A DNA stretch of 64,000 bases. Source: Pseudogymnoascus verrucosus. Its lineage: Eukaryota. Under the pieces are notes generated by a model. It was not told the DNA's origin. It worked only from the letters and a program-made list of their open reading frames with translations, and did no database searches. Every line of letters begins with the position of its first letter. Within the stretch, counting starts at the first letter, position 1. Positions 13,646 to 25,459 of this stretch are shown in pieces. A program made the position numbers and the translations under genes. The stretch lies in assembly GCA_001662655.1 (NCBI GenBank), contig KV460248.1, one strand, 5' to 3'.

Positions 13646-15245
13646 ATGATGAGCGAGGTCAATGAAAAGGGCGTTGCCACCGGCGATGACTCCAAAAATG
13701 CGCTGATGAATCCGACCTCGGCCGCCGATTTGCCAGAGACCGCAATTGAGAAGGCATTGGTTAGGAAGGTGGACATGCACATTATTCCTCTGATTATACT
13801 CCTATATCTCTTCAGCTTCCTGGATCGTGGTATGTTACTTACACTCCGAGAGATACAACCTTGCTGTCTCCAGTTCCCTCCGACGTCGCTGACTTGAACG
13901 CAGTCAATATCGGCAATGCCAGACTGTATGGCATGGAAGACGAACTCAACTTAAAAGGGAACCAGTATCAGATAGCCGTCTCGATTCTGTTCGTCACTTA
14001 CTGCGTAAATGCCTCTTGCTCCCCTCTTCATTCCTGGGCTAACATCAACAGGGACTCGAAGTACCTTCCAACCTTCTTCTCAAGAAGTTCCAGCCAGGAC
14101 GATATATAGCAGTCATAACCATAACATGGGGAATTATTGCGACACTATCAGGTCTCGTCCATAGCTTTGGCTCCCTGGTTGCCTGCCGCCTTCTTCTCGG
14201 TGTCTTCGAAGCCGGGCTTTTTCCTGGCCTAGTCACATACCTCACGCTCTTCTATAGCCGCAGACAGCTTGCTGTCCGTATCGGCTACCTCTTCACATCT
14301 GCTGCCATTGCTGGCGCGTGTGGTGGACTCATCGCTTATGGGATCAGCTTCATGGATGGGGCTGCTGGGCTGAGTGGCTGGCGATGGATTTTCATCCTCG
14401 AGGGCATTCCATCCGTTCTGGTTGGAATCGCATGCATCTTTTTCCTGCCCAACGATGTGGAGACGGCCTATTTTCTGACTGAAGACGAGCGCAAGTTGAT
14501 GGTTAACATCCGATTCCGCGAAGTTGGACAAACGGTATCGAGCCAGAAGTTTCACTGGGCCGACGTCAAGGAAGGAGCACAGGACTTCCAGCTTTGGGCT
14601 TTCTCTATCGCTCAATTTGGCGAGGATGTGATGCTTTACGGATTCAGCACGTTTTTACCTACAATCATCAAAGGGATCGGCCACTGGACTGTCGCAGAGT
14701 CGCAAGCTCTGACCGTTCCAGTTTATGCGCTCGGAGCCATCACATATCTAATAGTTGCGTGGATAAGTGACAGGACGCAGCAGAGGGGTCTGTACACCTG
14801 CGTCTTTGCTGTGGTGTCTATGGTGGGCTATGGAATGCTTCTATCTCACGCCAGCTCCGGCGTCAGCTATGCTGGCTGCTTCCTCGTTGCCATGGGCCTG
14901 TACGTCTCTGTTGGACTACCGCTCGCGTGGCTTCCCGGCAACCTTCCTCGATACGGGAAGCGCACACTTGCCAGTGGATTGCAGCTTATGTTTGGAAACA
15001 TTGCAGGCATTGCCACGCCTTTCATGTATCCAACTGCCGACGGACCAAACTACATCATGGGACATGGAACGAGTCTGTCTATGGTGGGAATGGCGGCGCT
15101 GATATATCTTGGAATGATGTTTTACTACGCCAAAGTCAACAAGGATAGGGCGATGGGGAAGGAGGATTGGAAAATAGAAGGGAAGACAGATGTTGAGATC
15201 GAAGATATGGGCGATAGAAGTCCGCGATACGTTTATGCGACCTGA
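13646..15245 (+). CDS. MFS transporter, anion:cation symporter (Dal5/Tna1-like) family
   Basis: LVRKVDMHIIP...LFSFLDR|VNIGNARL, EAGLFPG, GWRWIFILEG and FLPTII motifs. Two coding introns plus a probable 5'UTR intron at 13586-13639. Confidence 0.92.
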
Positions 15246-15640
15246 AGGATATTTACTTGAATTATAGGAGGCGATCATGTTGACGATTCAGTTTTTCTCA
15301 TCTACAAGAACAGCATATATACCAATTTAGAGTAGAAACAGTACTTAGACGATATTTTACTATGAGTTTTCGTAACATTTTATGTTATATGCAACTGATG
15401 TGAGTGGGAAGAATTATGGCGTCTGGGAAGTAGGGAGAGTTTTATAGTGGCCGCCTCACCAAACGCCACTCCCAGAATTTAATTCAGTCGCGTCCTCCCG
15501 AACGTGACATTGGCGACGGAACCCCGCCGTGACCTCACCCCATCCCGGCGCAACGTAAACCAAACCGGCGCATTCCACAAAGCCGATAAAATAGAAATTC
15601 CCTTTGTGCAATACACTTCCCTATCCAGCGAACTTCCACC

Positions 15641-16800
15641 ATGGCTCCAGGACGAAAACGCCGCGCAGTAAGCTTTCATGATCCCTCAGCCTTGTCTTAT
15701 GTTAACAAAGATCCAGGAAGTCGCACCAGAATCCTCCGATGAACAGTCCGAAGACGAAGGGCCACGGAGTACTCAGCGCAGACGTCAGAACCAACCCGCG
15801 GAAGAGGAAGAGGAAGAATACACACAAAATGGCGTAGATGAGCCCACAATGGTCGACGCGGATGGAGACGCAGAGGCCGGGGCCAACCCAAGGGAAAACT
15901 CTGGGCTGGTGATGAAGTTGGTGCGCTATGCACTGGCGTGTGAATTTGGACGAGTGCCGATCAGGAGAGAGGGGATTAGAGAGAAAGGTATGTGCGGTAG
16001 GACTGGTAGGTGTGCGTTTGGCTGACACTGCTCTGCAGTCTTTGCGAAGCACGGCGGCCGCAAGTTTCAGCAACTATTCGACGAGGCGCAAGTTCAGCTG
16101 GAGGAAAAGTTTGGAATGCAAATGGTAGAGCTGCCTTCAAAGGAGAAGGTCACGCTGAAGGACAGGCGAGGTATGCGCTCCGCCAGTTACTTCCCCTTTG
16201 ATACGTTCTGGTTGCTTACAAGAAGCTTTAGCCGCCGTACAAAAGGCCGCCGCTACATCAACCAACCGCTCGTACATCCTCAAGTCTACTCTCCCGCAGA
16301 AATACAACATCCCCGCCATCATAACACCGTCTCACATCCCCTCCGCCTCCGCAGAAAGCGCATACATGGGTCTCTACACCCTCATCGTGTCAATAATCAT
16401 GCTCAACGGCGGAAGGATCTCTGATGAGAAGCTGATGCGGTATCTCCAACGCTTGAACGCAAACGTGAATACGCCAGTGGACACGACGGAGTTGATATTT
16501 GCGAAGATGCAGAAACAGGGGTATATCGTGAAGATTAAGGATAACGCCAACGGCACTGATATTACGGAGTGGATGGTTGGTCCGAGGGGGAAGATTGAGG
16601 TTGGGGCGGAGGGCGTGAAGGGGCTTGTGGAGACGGTGTATGGGGATACGGCGCCGGATGATCTGGGTGTGAGGCTGAAGGCTAGTTTGGGGATTAAGGA
16701 TGGTCCTGAGAGGAGGGAGAGGCAGGTTGTTGAACCGGAGCGAGAGGAGCAGGGGAGAGGGGGAAGGAGAAGAAGGGCGGATGAGGCTGAGGAGGAATGA
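15641..16800 (+). CDS. nse3: MAGE-domain Smc5/6 subunit Nse3
   Basis: MAPGRKRRA| start, then KLVRYALACEFGRVPIRREGIREK, FGMQMVELP, YILKSTLP and WMVGPRGKIEVG (MAGE winged-helix motifs). Three introns. Confidence 0.85.
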
Positions 16801-17167
16801 TGATATGATGGGTTGAGGATTGATAGATATATATACCCCTGGGATACTGCTGGAGTTGCTGGAGCTGGACTAAATGGAATATACGTTCGGTAAATGGAGT
16901 ATACAATAGGTTGTTGTACAAGATATATTGTAGCTGTAGGTTGGTTGATAGATGCGGCAGCAGCCAAATATATCTGGGTTTAGGTGCTATCCTTCACCTC
17001 CATATATAACCATCTGACAGTTACCAACATACTGTTTGAATCGTTGCCATCCTGTTCTCCCCCGTGCCTGACGTGGGCCTAATCACCATGATTGTCCTTC
17101 CCTAACGCCTTGCCATTCCTTGGTGCTATAAAACCATTCACTCCTCTTGTTCCTCCCTTGAAATATC

Positions 17168-17523
17168 TCAATCCTGGACCTCCGGGGGTTTGCCAACCGG
17201 TTGTATCATTTTCTGCCATTCGTTAGCTCCATGCACCCCAGGATCCTGAAGTTGATCAACGAACCTCAATAAGCGCAGCCCGGACTCTCTCCTTCGGCTC
17301 TCCCATCCCAATAGTCATATAGCTCAAGAGAGGCGGGTGCCCAATATATGACGCATAACTGTCGCGCTGGATGTTGCTGGTCCACTCGAACTTGGTCGTG
17401 TCCGCATGTCCAGTTCCAACGTATCGGGCTTGGAGTTGCTCCAACTGCTGCTGCGCGCGGAGCTTGTCTGCCTGTATACCAGTTAGATCTATACAGAAAA
17501 GAATATCAATGTCAACTTACCAT
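17168..17523 (-). CDS. SF3B5: Splicing factor 3B subunit 5 (SF3b10/Ysf3)
   Basis: ATG-only first coding exon (17521-17523), then ADKLRAQQQLEQLQARYVGTGHADTTKFEWTSNIQRDSYASYIGH...|KMIQPVGKPPEVQD*. Confidence 0.93.
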
Positions 17524-17813
17524 CGTTGCGGTAGAAAGGATTCTAGAAAGACCCAAGTCAGTGCTGATGGAACAAGATGGGTCTGCTATTCAGCGGCGCA
17601 TAGCAATACTCTAAACATGCCGCACGATAAGGATAAGCAGTGCTTTAGCGTCTTTATTCCACTTACCTAACTTTCTATCAGCCTCGCCTTCTGGACCCCG
17701 ACATCTCGATCGCATCACTTGCGCACGAATAAAAATACTATCTGTTCCTCGCCATATAATGCGAGGGTGCCACTTCATCAGAGGACATCCCAGCAAATAC
17801 AACTCATAACACA

Positions 17814-18815
17814 ATGACGGCCGATATTCAACCAACATACCCGCTCTCGAAGGCGCAAGTCGACGAAATTGCCTCCCTCCACGAGGCAGACACGTCAGAG
17901 CTTGAGGGGCAATTAAAGACTCTCTCAGAGACATGCCAAAGTAACTGCGCCTCGGGGTTTGCCAAGTGCACAACCCATCAGAATGAGATGCGCAAACTAT
18001 ACCAAGATACATACACGGCAGCCTCGGCAGGGCGCTGGACGTCATACCGACCAGCGGAATATACCCAAGATCTAAAGCGAATGTTTGATGCGCAGACTAC
18101 GATAGAGAAAATCAATGGCCGTGTCCGGAGGGAGAAGACGCAGCATATCAAGGACGCTCAATGCACTTTCGGACCCAGCGACCATCCGGCAGTTAAGAAG
18201 GCCAAAATACGAGCTGCTGAATTGCGTGGTACTGGGACATCTCCAGCGGACATCGATACCTACATCATCGAAGAAGAGGGGAAGCTACTAGGCACACTCA
18301 CCCCCGAACAGCGCGAAGCCCAGGCCGAATACAACAAATCCAAATCCGAAGCCGAGAAATACACCTACCTCCGCAACTACGCCTGCACCCCCCAACCAAC
18401 CGACACCCCCCGCGACGCCGAGCTGCGACAAAAATGGACAAAGCTATTCGACAACGCGACACCCTACAACGAGATCATCCCCGCAATGGAAAAAGACATC
18501 GCTGACGCAAAGTCCAACGCACAGATTCTCGAGAACCGGCTGGCGGATCTACGGAACGCGCAGGCGGCGAATAATAAAGCGAAAGCGGCGAAGGAGGAGA
18601 GTAAGCGCAAGCAGGCAAGGGATGCGATTAGGCGCTGCTGCTCGGAGGGGTGTGGGAATGTGTGTGAGCTTAGTGGGCCGAATGCGGATTTGGGGTGCGA
18701 GAGGTGCTTTGGGATGAAGGAGGAGGGGGGGTTGCAGGAGTATTCGTGGTTTTGTAGTCCGGAGTGTGCGAAGGGGAATGCGGGGAGTCATAATGCGAGG
18801 TTTCATTCGAGCTGA
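17814..18815 (+). CDS. Uncharacterised coiled-coil protein with C-terminal MYND-like zinc finger
   Basis: 333-aa intronless ORF with gene-like codon bias. C-terminus CCSEGC...CERC...WFCSPEC...H...H. Confidence 0.75.
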   Translation: MTADIQPTYPLSKAQVDEIASLHEADTSELEGQLKTLSETCQSNCASGFAKCTTHQNEMRKLYQDTYTAASAGRWTSYRPAEYTQDLKRMFDAQTTIEKINGRVRREKTQHIKDAQCTFGPSDHPAVKKAKIRAAELRGTGTSPADIDTYIIEEEGKLLGTLTPEQREAQAEYNKSKSEAEKYTYLRNYACTPQPTDTPRDAELRQKWTKLFDNATPYNEIIPAMEKDIADAKSNAQILENRLADLRNAQAANNKAKAAKEESKRKQARDAIRRCCSEGCGNVCELSGPNADLGCERCFGMKEEGGLQEYSWFCSPECAKGNAGSHNARFHSS

Positions 18816-19052
18816 GTGGTGGTTGTGGTATGGTATTTGTCTGCGTCGTGTGTTTGGAGGTGGTTTTTGTAAGGGGTTTGGATGGCGTTTATGGGCGCTT
18901 TGGTGATACCCGTACCTTGGTTTCGTTTGAGGAGAACTTTTGTAGCTATATAAGACTGCTATTTTAACCCGGGGGCAGATAGATAGAGCCTCCTGTGGGA
19001 GGTCAAGTTCAAGCCAGCATAGTTTAGAATTATGCGATATTTCTCTATGGGT

Positions 19053-20471
19053 TTATTCATCTAATGTGAACCCTTCGTCTCCATCATTCCTCGCCCACCC
19101 CCGAAGTGTTTGCCTGGCAGTGTTTTTGGCAGTCATCCTGTCCTGCAGAAGTTGGCTCTGCTTCATATCTTCATACGTCTTGCGGCCCTTCACAGCCCCA
19201 GAATCCACTTCATGTGACAGAGAGCTCTCCACTAAGCTCCTATCTTCCAAATCTAATAACCTCGTTATATCGCGAGCCAGCTCCCACATCCTCTTTTTGC
19301 ACACAACACTTGCGCCCCTCGGATCATTCTGTTTCCGCCCCTGAAGAACGCCTCCTATCAACGTTTCCTCAAAGTACGGCGACCAAGAAGCAGCAATATT
19401 GCTCGGCGAAATTGCATCACTCAGAAGAGGCGAGCCGTCTGCATCTCGGCGAGAATATGCAAATTCCGTCCCCGTTGTCATCATCTTGAAGTCATGGAAG
19501 CTGTAGCCTCCACTTGGAGGCACGTCCAAGTCCTTTAAACGTCCCCGTGGACTAAAGCAGCGTTCACAGCCAACAGCTACATATTGAGACTCCGGCAAGG
19601 TGAGGGTTTGCAGGTATGCATTTTCTGGTGAGATGAGTAAGGAAGTGACGGAGCTGAGAACAGAGGTTATCTGCTTCAGTGTTATCTTGTCCGAGCATGA
19701 TTTTGAGAGCGTGGAGGGAGCATCGGGGCGTGATGGCTTGCGCCGGACGATGCCTAGATTCGAGAAGTAGCCACGTCCGGGCATACTGGAATCTGTTGCT
19801 GTAGATGATGCGGGGGCGGGAATTTCCCAGGGGGTTGCGTCGTCTTGGGCGGCCATGGTGAGCTCCATGCTGGCATCACCGCCTGGAGTAAGTTAGGTAA
19901 CTCCTGGTGGGACATGACGAAATTTGAGTAACGTACATGGTGCCTCGGAGCAATACATATGCAGTTTTACATCTTCCCTGATTGTAAAAGGCTGGAAGCT
20001 GCTCGGAGTGATCTCATCGGCCCTTCTCCTTCTTACATACTTCGAGGACTGCTCCTTAGACGATGCTAATTTACGGCATTCCTCGAGTAAGAAACGGTTG
20101 ATGGAGCGGAGAGCAACAACCTCAGCGTGCCAGTCATGGAGAACGGTGCCGTTGGCTTCAGGGATCTTGTTGGAAGGGAGGCATTTCATTCCTGTTCTGG
20201 GGAGGTCAGTCGACAGACTTCGAGTTAAGAAGCAGACCGGGGCATATTCTCACCCAAGAGCCAGACACGTCAGTCCATCTTCTCCTGGTCGTGTGTCAGT
20301 GTTTATCATGGGATGCGCGGGGTCACGGGGTATAAAACCTTGAGCAACAATTCCTGCCAGAGGAACCCATTCTCTCTTATGGTCAGCCCGCTGTATCGGC
20401 TTGCGCTTCTTAGGCAGAGTATTAAATTTTTTCAATACAACCTCCGCAATAGAGTCCCCAGCGAGTTCCAT
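19053..20471 (-). CDS. TAD1: tRNA-specific adenosine deaminase 1 (ADAT1/Tad1)
   Basis: EWVPLAGIV, TGMKCLP, LHDWHAEVVALR, YCSEAP|CGDASM, RRKPSRPDAP and SKSCSDKI form an A_deamin domain. Several introns. Confidence 0.93.
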
Positions 20472-20949
20472 TTCATATTAGATAGCCAAGACTAGTGATT
20501 TTTACAAGTCAACGAGGCTGAGGCACAAGGAGGAGAAGGCTGAGCCCCCAGGATAAGCTTTCAGCAGCCTTAGCTGTCACGATTCTAGGCCCACCACCAC
20601 AAGCCAAATCCAACCACCCTTACCAAACTTCCAGCACCCAACCGAACCGAACAAGCACCAACGCTGGTACCTTACCGTTGACCACTTACGTAGCCTCGTC
20701 GCAAGTTCCGGAATGGCCAGGAATCCAAATAATAACGAATTATCAGCAAATAGGTCAGCCACACACGCACACGCACACGCACACACACACAATAAAACAT
20801 CCATATGCCCGTCCGGGATTCCCACCATTAACACGTGTACGGAGCCCCCTCCAAACTACGATACGATAGATTAGTCCCGGCTCTATTCCAGCATTCCTTC
20901 GCCGAATATGGTTCGCGAGCCCCGGGGGTTATAAGGATGATATATAAGC

Positions 20950-22504
20950 ATGAACGGCCTGAGTATGTTGTCCCCCCCCCCCCTTTCCTTCCCCCTCCTT
21001 GCGCCGCGCGCTGCCCATTCGGCTTCGAGTGTCGCTTTACTGACTATGTATTTCGAGCCTATAGTCAACAAATCTCGCAAGGTTCGAGAATTCCCGCGCT
21101 TGCCCCCAGTGCCAGCCAGCAACTCTATTCCCTTGCTGACCACGCTATACACAGCCGAAGTTTGAGCTCATACTACAGGTAAGCTGCTGCGCCTACATCG
21201 GAATACTAAATACTGACTCTTTGCTGCCAGATAATTGACCTCAACAACGTCCCCCTCGTCGCCGGGCAATCCTACGTAAAATGGCACCTCCCCATGTCCA
21301 CGGCCGCGGAGCACCGGGGCGTGACAACAAAGGCGCCAATCAAAGAACACAAAGTAACCTGGGACTATGAGCGCTCTCTCGTGGTACGGCTGTCGATGGA
21401 CAAGACAAACCTGCTGCAGGAATGCTTCATCGAGTTCGAGGTCATCCAGGACTACAATGGCGGGGCGCGCGGGGAGAAGATCACGATTGGGAGGGTGAGG
21501 TTGAACCTTGCGGAGTATGCGGATATACATGATGAGGAGGGAGAGGTTATGGTGAGGAGGTATTTGATGCAGGATAGTAAGATTAATAGTACCGTCAAGA
21601 TTGGAATTGGTATGTCGCAGGTCGACGGGGATCGAAACTTCATCGCCCCTCCCCTCCGAACCGCCGCGGTCTTCGAGGGATTCACAGGCGTCATGGCCGT
21701 GGAGCAAGAGAAAGACAAAGCAGGCTGTACGTCCCCCCTTTATCCCTCTCTCCCCCCCCTTCCCCCTCCCCCTTTTACTCCTATTAACACCCCACCCCCC
21801 CAGACACCAGCGCAATAGGCATCAACAAAGAGCTCGCCGAAATGCAAGACATGTACCGGCAAACCCTCGCTGCCTCCTGGCTCTGCGGCAAAGGCACCCT
21901 CGCCGCCGACGCCTGCATCGAAGACATCTTCAACGGCGGCGACGGGTGGGGCAACAAGCCTGCTCCCGCCTCCCAGAATCCCGTTGCCCAGACCATCGCG
22001 CTGGGAGCGGATGATAGCGAGGATGAGGGGATGGGGACGGCGACGCCGTTGAATCGGCATCAGCGCCGTCACCATCACCATAACCACCATAATCAGCAGC
22101 AACAGCAGGGGCAGGAGAGAAACAGTGGTGGGGAGCCGACTAGGAATGGGTCAGGGGCGAGTAAGAAACATACCCATGCCGTGAAGAAAGCGAGGATGGA
22201 GAGTGAAATGCCTGGGTTGACGACGACGGTGGATAAGAAGGGGAATCCGATTGGAGGGATCAGGAGGGTGTCGGTGAAGGCGCTGACTAGTGATAAGGGG
22301 GAGCAGCAGGTGCAGTCTTCGTCGTCTTCTGAGGAGGGCCGGGGAGAGGGGAGAGGGAGGAATGGGACGAGGAGGACGGATGAAGTGGCGGAGTGGGATG
22401 CGAGGGATGATTTGAGGGCGTGGACTGTGCCGTGTGTGGAGGTTGTGGATGAGGGGGTGGAGTTAGGGGTGGGGGGTGGTGGGGTGGTGGCTGGTGTATT
22501 TTAG
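20950..22504 (+). CDS. NT-C2 (EEIG1/EHBP1 N-terminal C2) domain protein
   Basis: Spliced MNGL|INKSRK|PKFELILQ|IIDLNNVPLVAGQSYVKWHLP...IGRVRLNLAEY...RRYLMQDSKINSTVKIGI. Tail contains ADACIEDIFNGGDGW. Confidence 0.82.
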
Positions 22505-22743
22505 GATAGATGGAGTCAGGGATATGGGAGGGAATTTTCACTGGCGCAGGGAAGGGAACTATAGTTGCTATTTAATTCATAGAGAATCCACGCTTATATT
22601 AACTGCCTAAGCATCCCTTGATAATATTTCCTGCGAGTTGTAGCCTCCACCAGCATATCTCCTTTGCAATCAGACCCGTGATATACCCCAAATACGCCCC
22701 CATTCGCCAAGACCCCCCTATTCCACCCTCCTTCCTATCTCAC

Positions 22744-24315
22744 CTACTCCTCCCCAGCCCCCTCAAACACCTCATCCACCAACCCAACCCCCCCCACAAC
22801 CCCAAACGCCGCCCACCTCTTCTCCCTATCCACCCCTCTCCCCGGCTTCCCGTCACTCACCCCCTCCCACCGTTCAAGCTGTGGACACTCATCTTTGAGC
22901 ACCTCGATTACATTCGCAAACCTATCCCCCTCCCCACGCCCCTCACGCCTAGCCCCCCTTTCCCCCGTAGCACCACCATCCTCTTCATCATCGCGGAGTT
23001 CGCCATCATCGCCAGGGAGTTCAACCCCAAAAACACCCTCCGCATCCTCCCTCCCCCTCGGCAGTGCAAAGCACATCAGATGCAAATCCACGAACCCATC
23101 AAACACCACCCCTAGACTGGGAGTAGCTGTCATACCAGCAAACACAGAGTGCTGCTTCTCTTGTTCCTTCTTGCGCTGTTGTTCCGGGTTGCCCGCGGCG
23201 GTCTTCGTGGATTTCCTAACCAGTGTGTTCAGCAAGAAGATTGTGACGGAGGAGGAGCGCGCGAGGGTAGTCAGCGTGCGAGAGAGTTGCGAGAGGAGAT
23301 GGTGCGCGAGGGGCGTGGAGGTGCGGGAGAAGAGGGTGGTTGTTAGGGTTGTGAGGTTGTCGAGGAGGATTATTTCGGTGGTGGGGTGGGTGGTTGGAGC
23401 GGCGGGGGCCGACGGTTTGTGGATGTTGATGTTTGAGCCGGGCCTGTCTTGGGGACTTTGAGGTCTTGGATTTGGAAGGCGCTGGGTGGCTAGATCATCG
23501 TCCTCATCATCCTCCTCCTCACTATCCATAATCTCCCTCACCCCAGCAGCAGTCGGCAGCGCCTCCCTCGGCATCCCATCATCCCCTTCCTCCTCTTCAC
23601 CTAGCCCCATATCCTCGGCCCCTCTTCCTTCTTCCCCCATCGAAGCTTCTTTTGCTTCATCCCTCCTGTCGGCCCCTCCCATCGCACCCCCACCAACCTC
23701 CCCCAAAACCTCCCAAAGCCCTTCAATATCAAAAATCCTCGTAACACCCACGCGCTCTAACACCGCGTTAACTTTCTCTTCCACCTCTCCTTTTCCTCCC
23801 CCTCCCTTCCTTCCTGCACCTCCCGCACCTCCCGCACCTCCTGTACCCCCTTTCCCTCCCTTCCCCCCTTCCCGTCCTGCACCCCCCGCATCTCCAACCC
23901 CAGAACCCCCACCCCTCTCAACACACCACCTCACCACCCCCGCGAAGAGGGCTAGCGGAAACGAGCCTGTGGAATCGATAATAGACGCATGAGAATGTGG
24001 ACGCTCGAGCAATGACCTAGCGAGGATATGCATCGCAACCAACCTCCCCGTATCACCCCCCTCCTCCGCATCTGCAGCAGCTGGGTACTCCCTCCCCCCA
24101 CGGTTAGGACTGGTGAGGCCGCTGCTCACGCCAACCACACACCCCCTCTGCACCCCTCCCCCAAGGAGGTACTCATCCACATCCCTCACCCCCGTGCGCA
24201 ATCTCGGCAGCTTCAGCCCAGTCGCGGGGTCTATCTGTGATATCCGGAGGCGGGCGAGGAGTGTAGATGCCGAGACTGGGGGGTGGAAATGGCGGAGTGG
24301 TGTTGAGTCGTCCAT
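22744..24315 (-). CDS. Divergent RecA/Rad51-paralog-like protein with low-complexity inserts
   Basis: 523-aa ORF with LRTGVRDVDEYLLGGGVQRGCVVGVS (RecA-fold start), IIDSTGSF, RIFDIEGLWEVL, IILLDN (Walker-B-like) and LxxLAR...IFLLN. Confidence 0.65.
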   Translation of the reverse strand: MDDSTPLRHFHPPVSASTLLARLRISQIDPATGLKLPRLRTGVRDVDEYLLGGGVQRGCVVGVSSGLTSPNRGGREYPAAADAEEGGDTGRLVAMHILARSLLERPHSHASIIDSTGSFPLALFAGVVRWCVERGGGSGVGDAGGAGREGGKGGKGGTGGAGGAGGAGRKGGGGKGEVEEKVNAVLERVGVTRIFDIEGLWEVLGEVGGGAMGGADRRDEAKEASMGEEGRGAEDMGLGEEEEGDDGMPREALPTAAGVREIMDSEEEDDEDDDLATQRLPNPRPQSPQDRPGSNINIHKPSAPAAPTTHPTTEIILLDNLTTLTTTLFSRTSTPLAHHLLSQLSRTLTTLARSSSVTIFLLNTLVRKSTKTAAGNPEQQRKKEQEKQHSVFAGMTATPSLGVVFDGFVDLHLMCFALPRGREDAEGVFGVELPGDDGELRDDEEDGGATGERGARREGRGEGDRFANVIEVLKDECPQLERWEGVSDGKPGRGVDREKRWAAFGVVGGVGLVDEVFEGAGEE

Positions 24316-25459
24316 ATCTCAGCCCAGCTACGATAGCTGCGTACCCCAGTCTGGCATATTATAAGAACTCGAAGAGGTCTTCGGAGATGGGCGGGGATGC
24401 GTGGGATGTGAGTATCTCCTTTCAGTTGGTTTTAAGCGCTTAGTTTGGGTTTAGGTAGGCACTGTTCGGAGGGCGTAGAATGGTTCGGCGGCTCTCCAAG
24501 CAACTCGGTGGGAACAAAGATTCACTGCCCCAGATTTTTGAATGGCAACAACGCCCCGACTATGTCGTTACTTCACACACAGTATTCAGTCATGGCAGAT
24601 GGAACATGCGAATTGCAGCATGGTAAACCCCGAATTCACGTGACATCTATTACTTTCCTACTACTTATTTCTCACTCATCAACACCCCTCACTCCCCACG
24701 CAAGCATATAAAAAAGCCATAAAAGCCCATCAATTTAAAAAGAATAGACACAAGCTAACCTAACTACGTCCGTCTATAGTTAAAAAGGCGACCCTCTCGT
24801 TGATCTTGATCTAGCCGTCTCTCCCTATCGACCCAACTAACCATGGGGTTTTAACAACAGTACTGCTCCCATTTACTCCATTCTCCTCCCTCCTCCACTA
24901 CCATAATAAACCTGAGCCATCCTTCCCTTCCCTTTCCATTCCATGATAAAAACTTCCCTTCATAAACTCTCAAAATGCCGCTTACGCCTCGACATACATC
25001 ACCACGCTATGTACACACACACACCATCCATCCATCCATCCATCCTCCTCATCCGCTCATGCACGATCTTGGCGTCGTCTCTAGCACGATTGTTCGTTAT
25101 TCCCATGCAAGCCAGGAGCGTGGATGGATCCTTGAGATACATAAAACGGCGCCACCAGGTATTCTCGCATGCAACCGCGAAGTTGCTATCATCATATTCG
25201 AGAAGTTTCGGATCTTTCTGACACATCTGAAAATTGAAAAATGAAAACAAAAAAAACCAAGTTAAAAAACGAGGTGAAAACTGTCGCTTCCAGATAAGAA
25301 TTGCTCAAGCACTGGGGTGAGTACTGCTGTAATTTGAAGCGGGGTATGAGCCAATCCACGAACTTGGATAGGAAGCGTGCTATTCCTTGACATCCTCGAT
25401 ATGAGCCGCAAATGAGTCCCTTCAGGACCCCAACTTCGCAGCAAGAAGCAGACGCGCAT

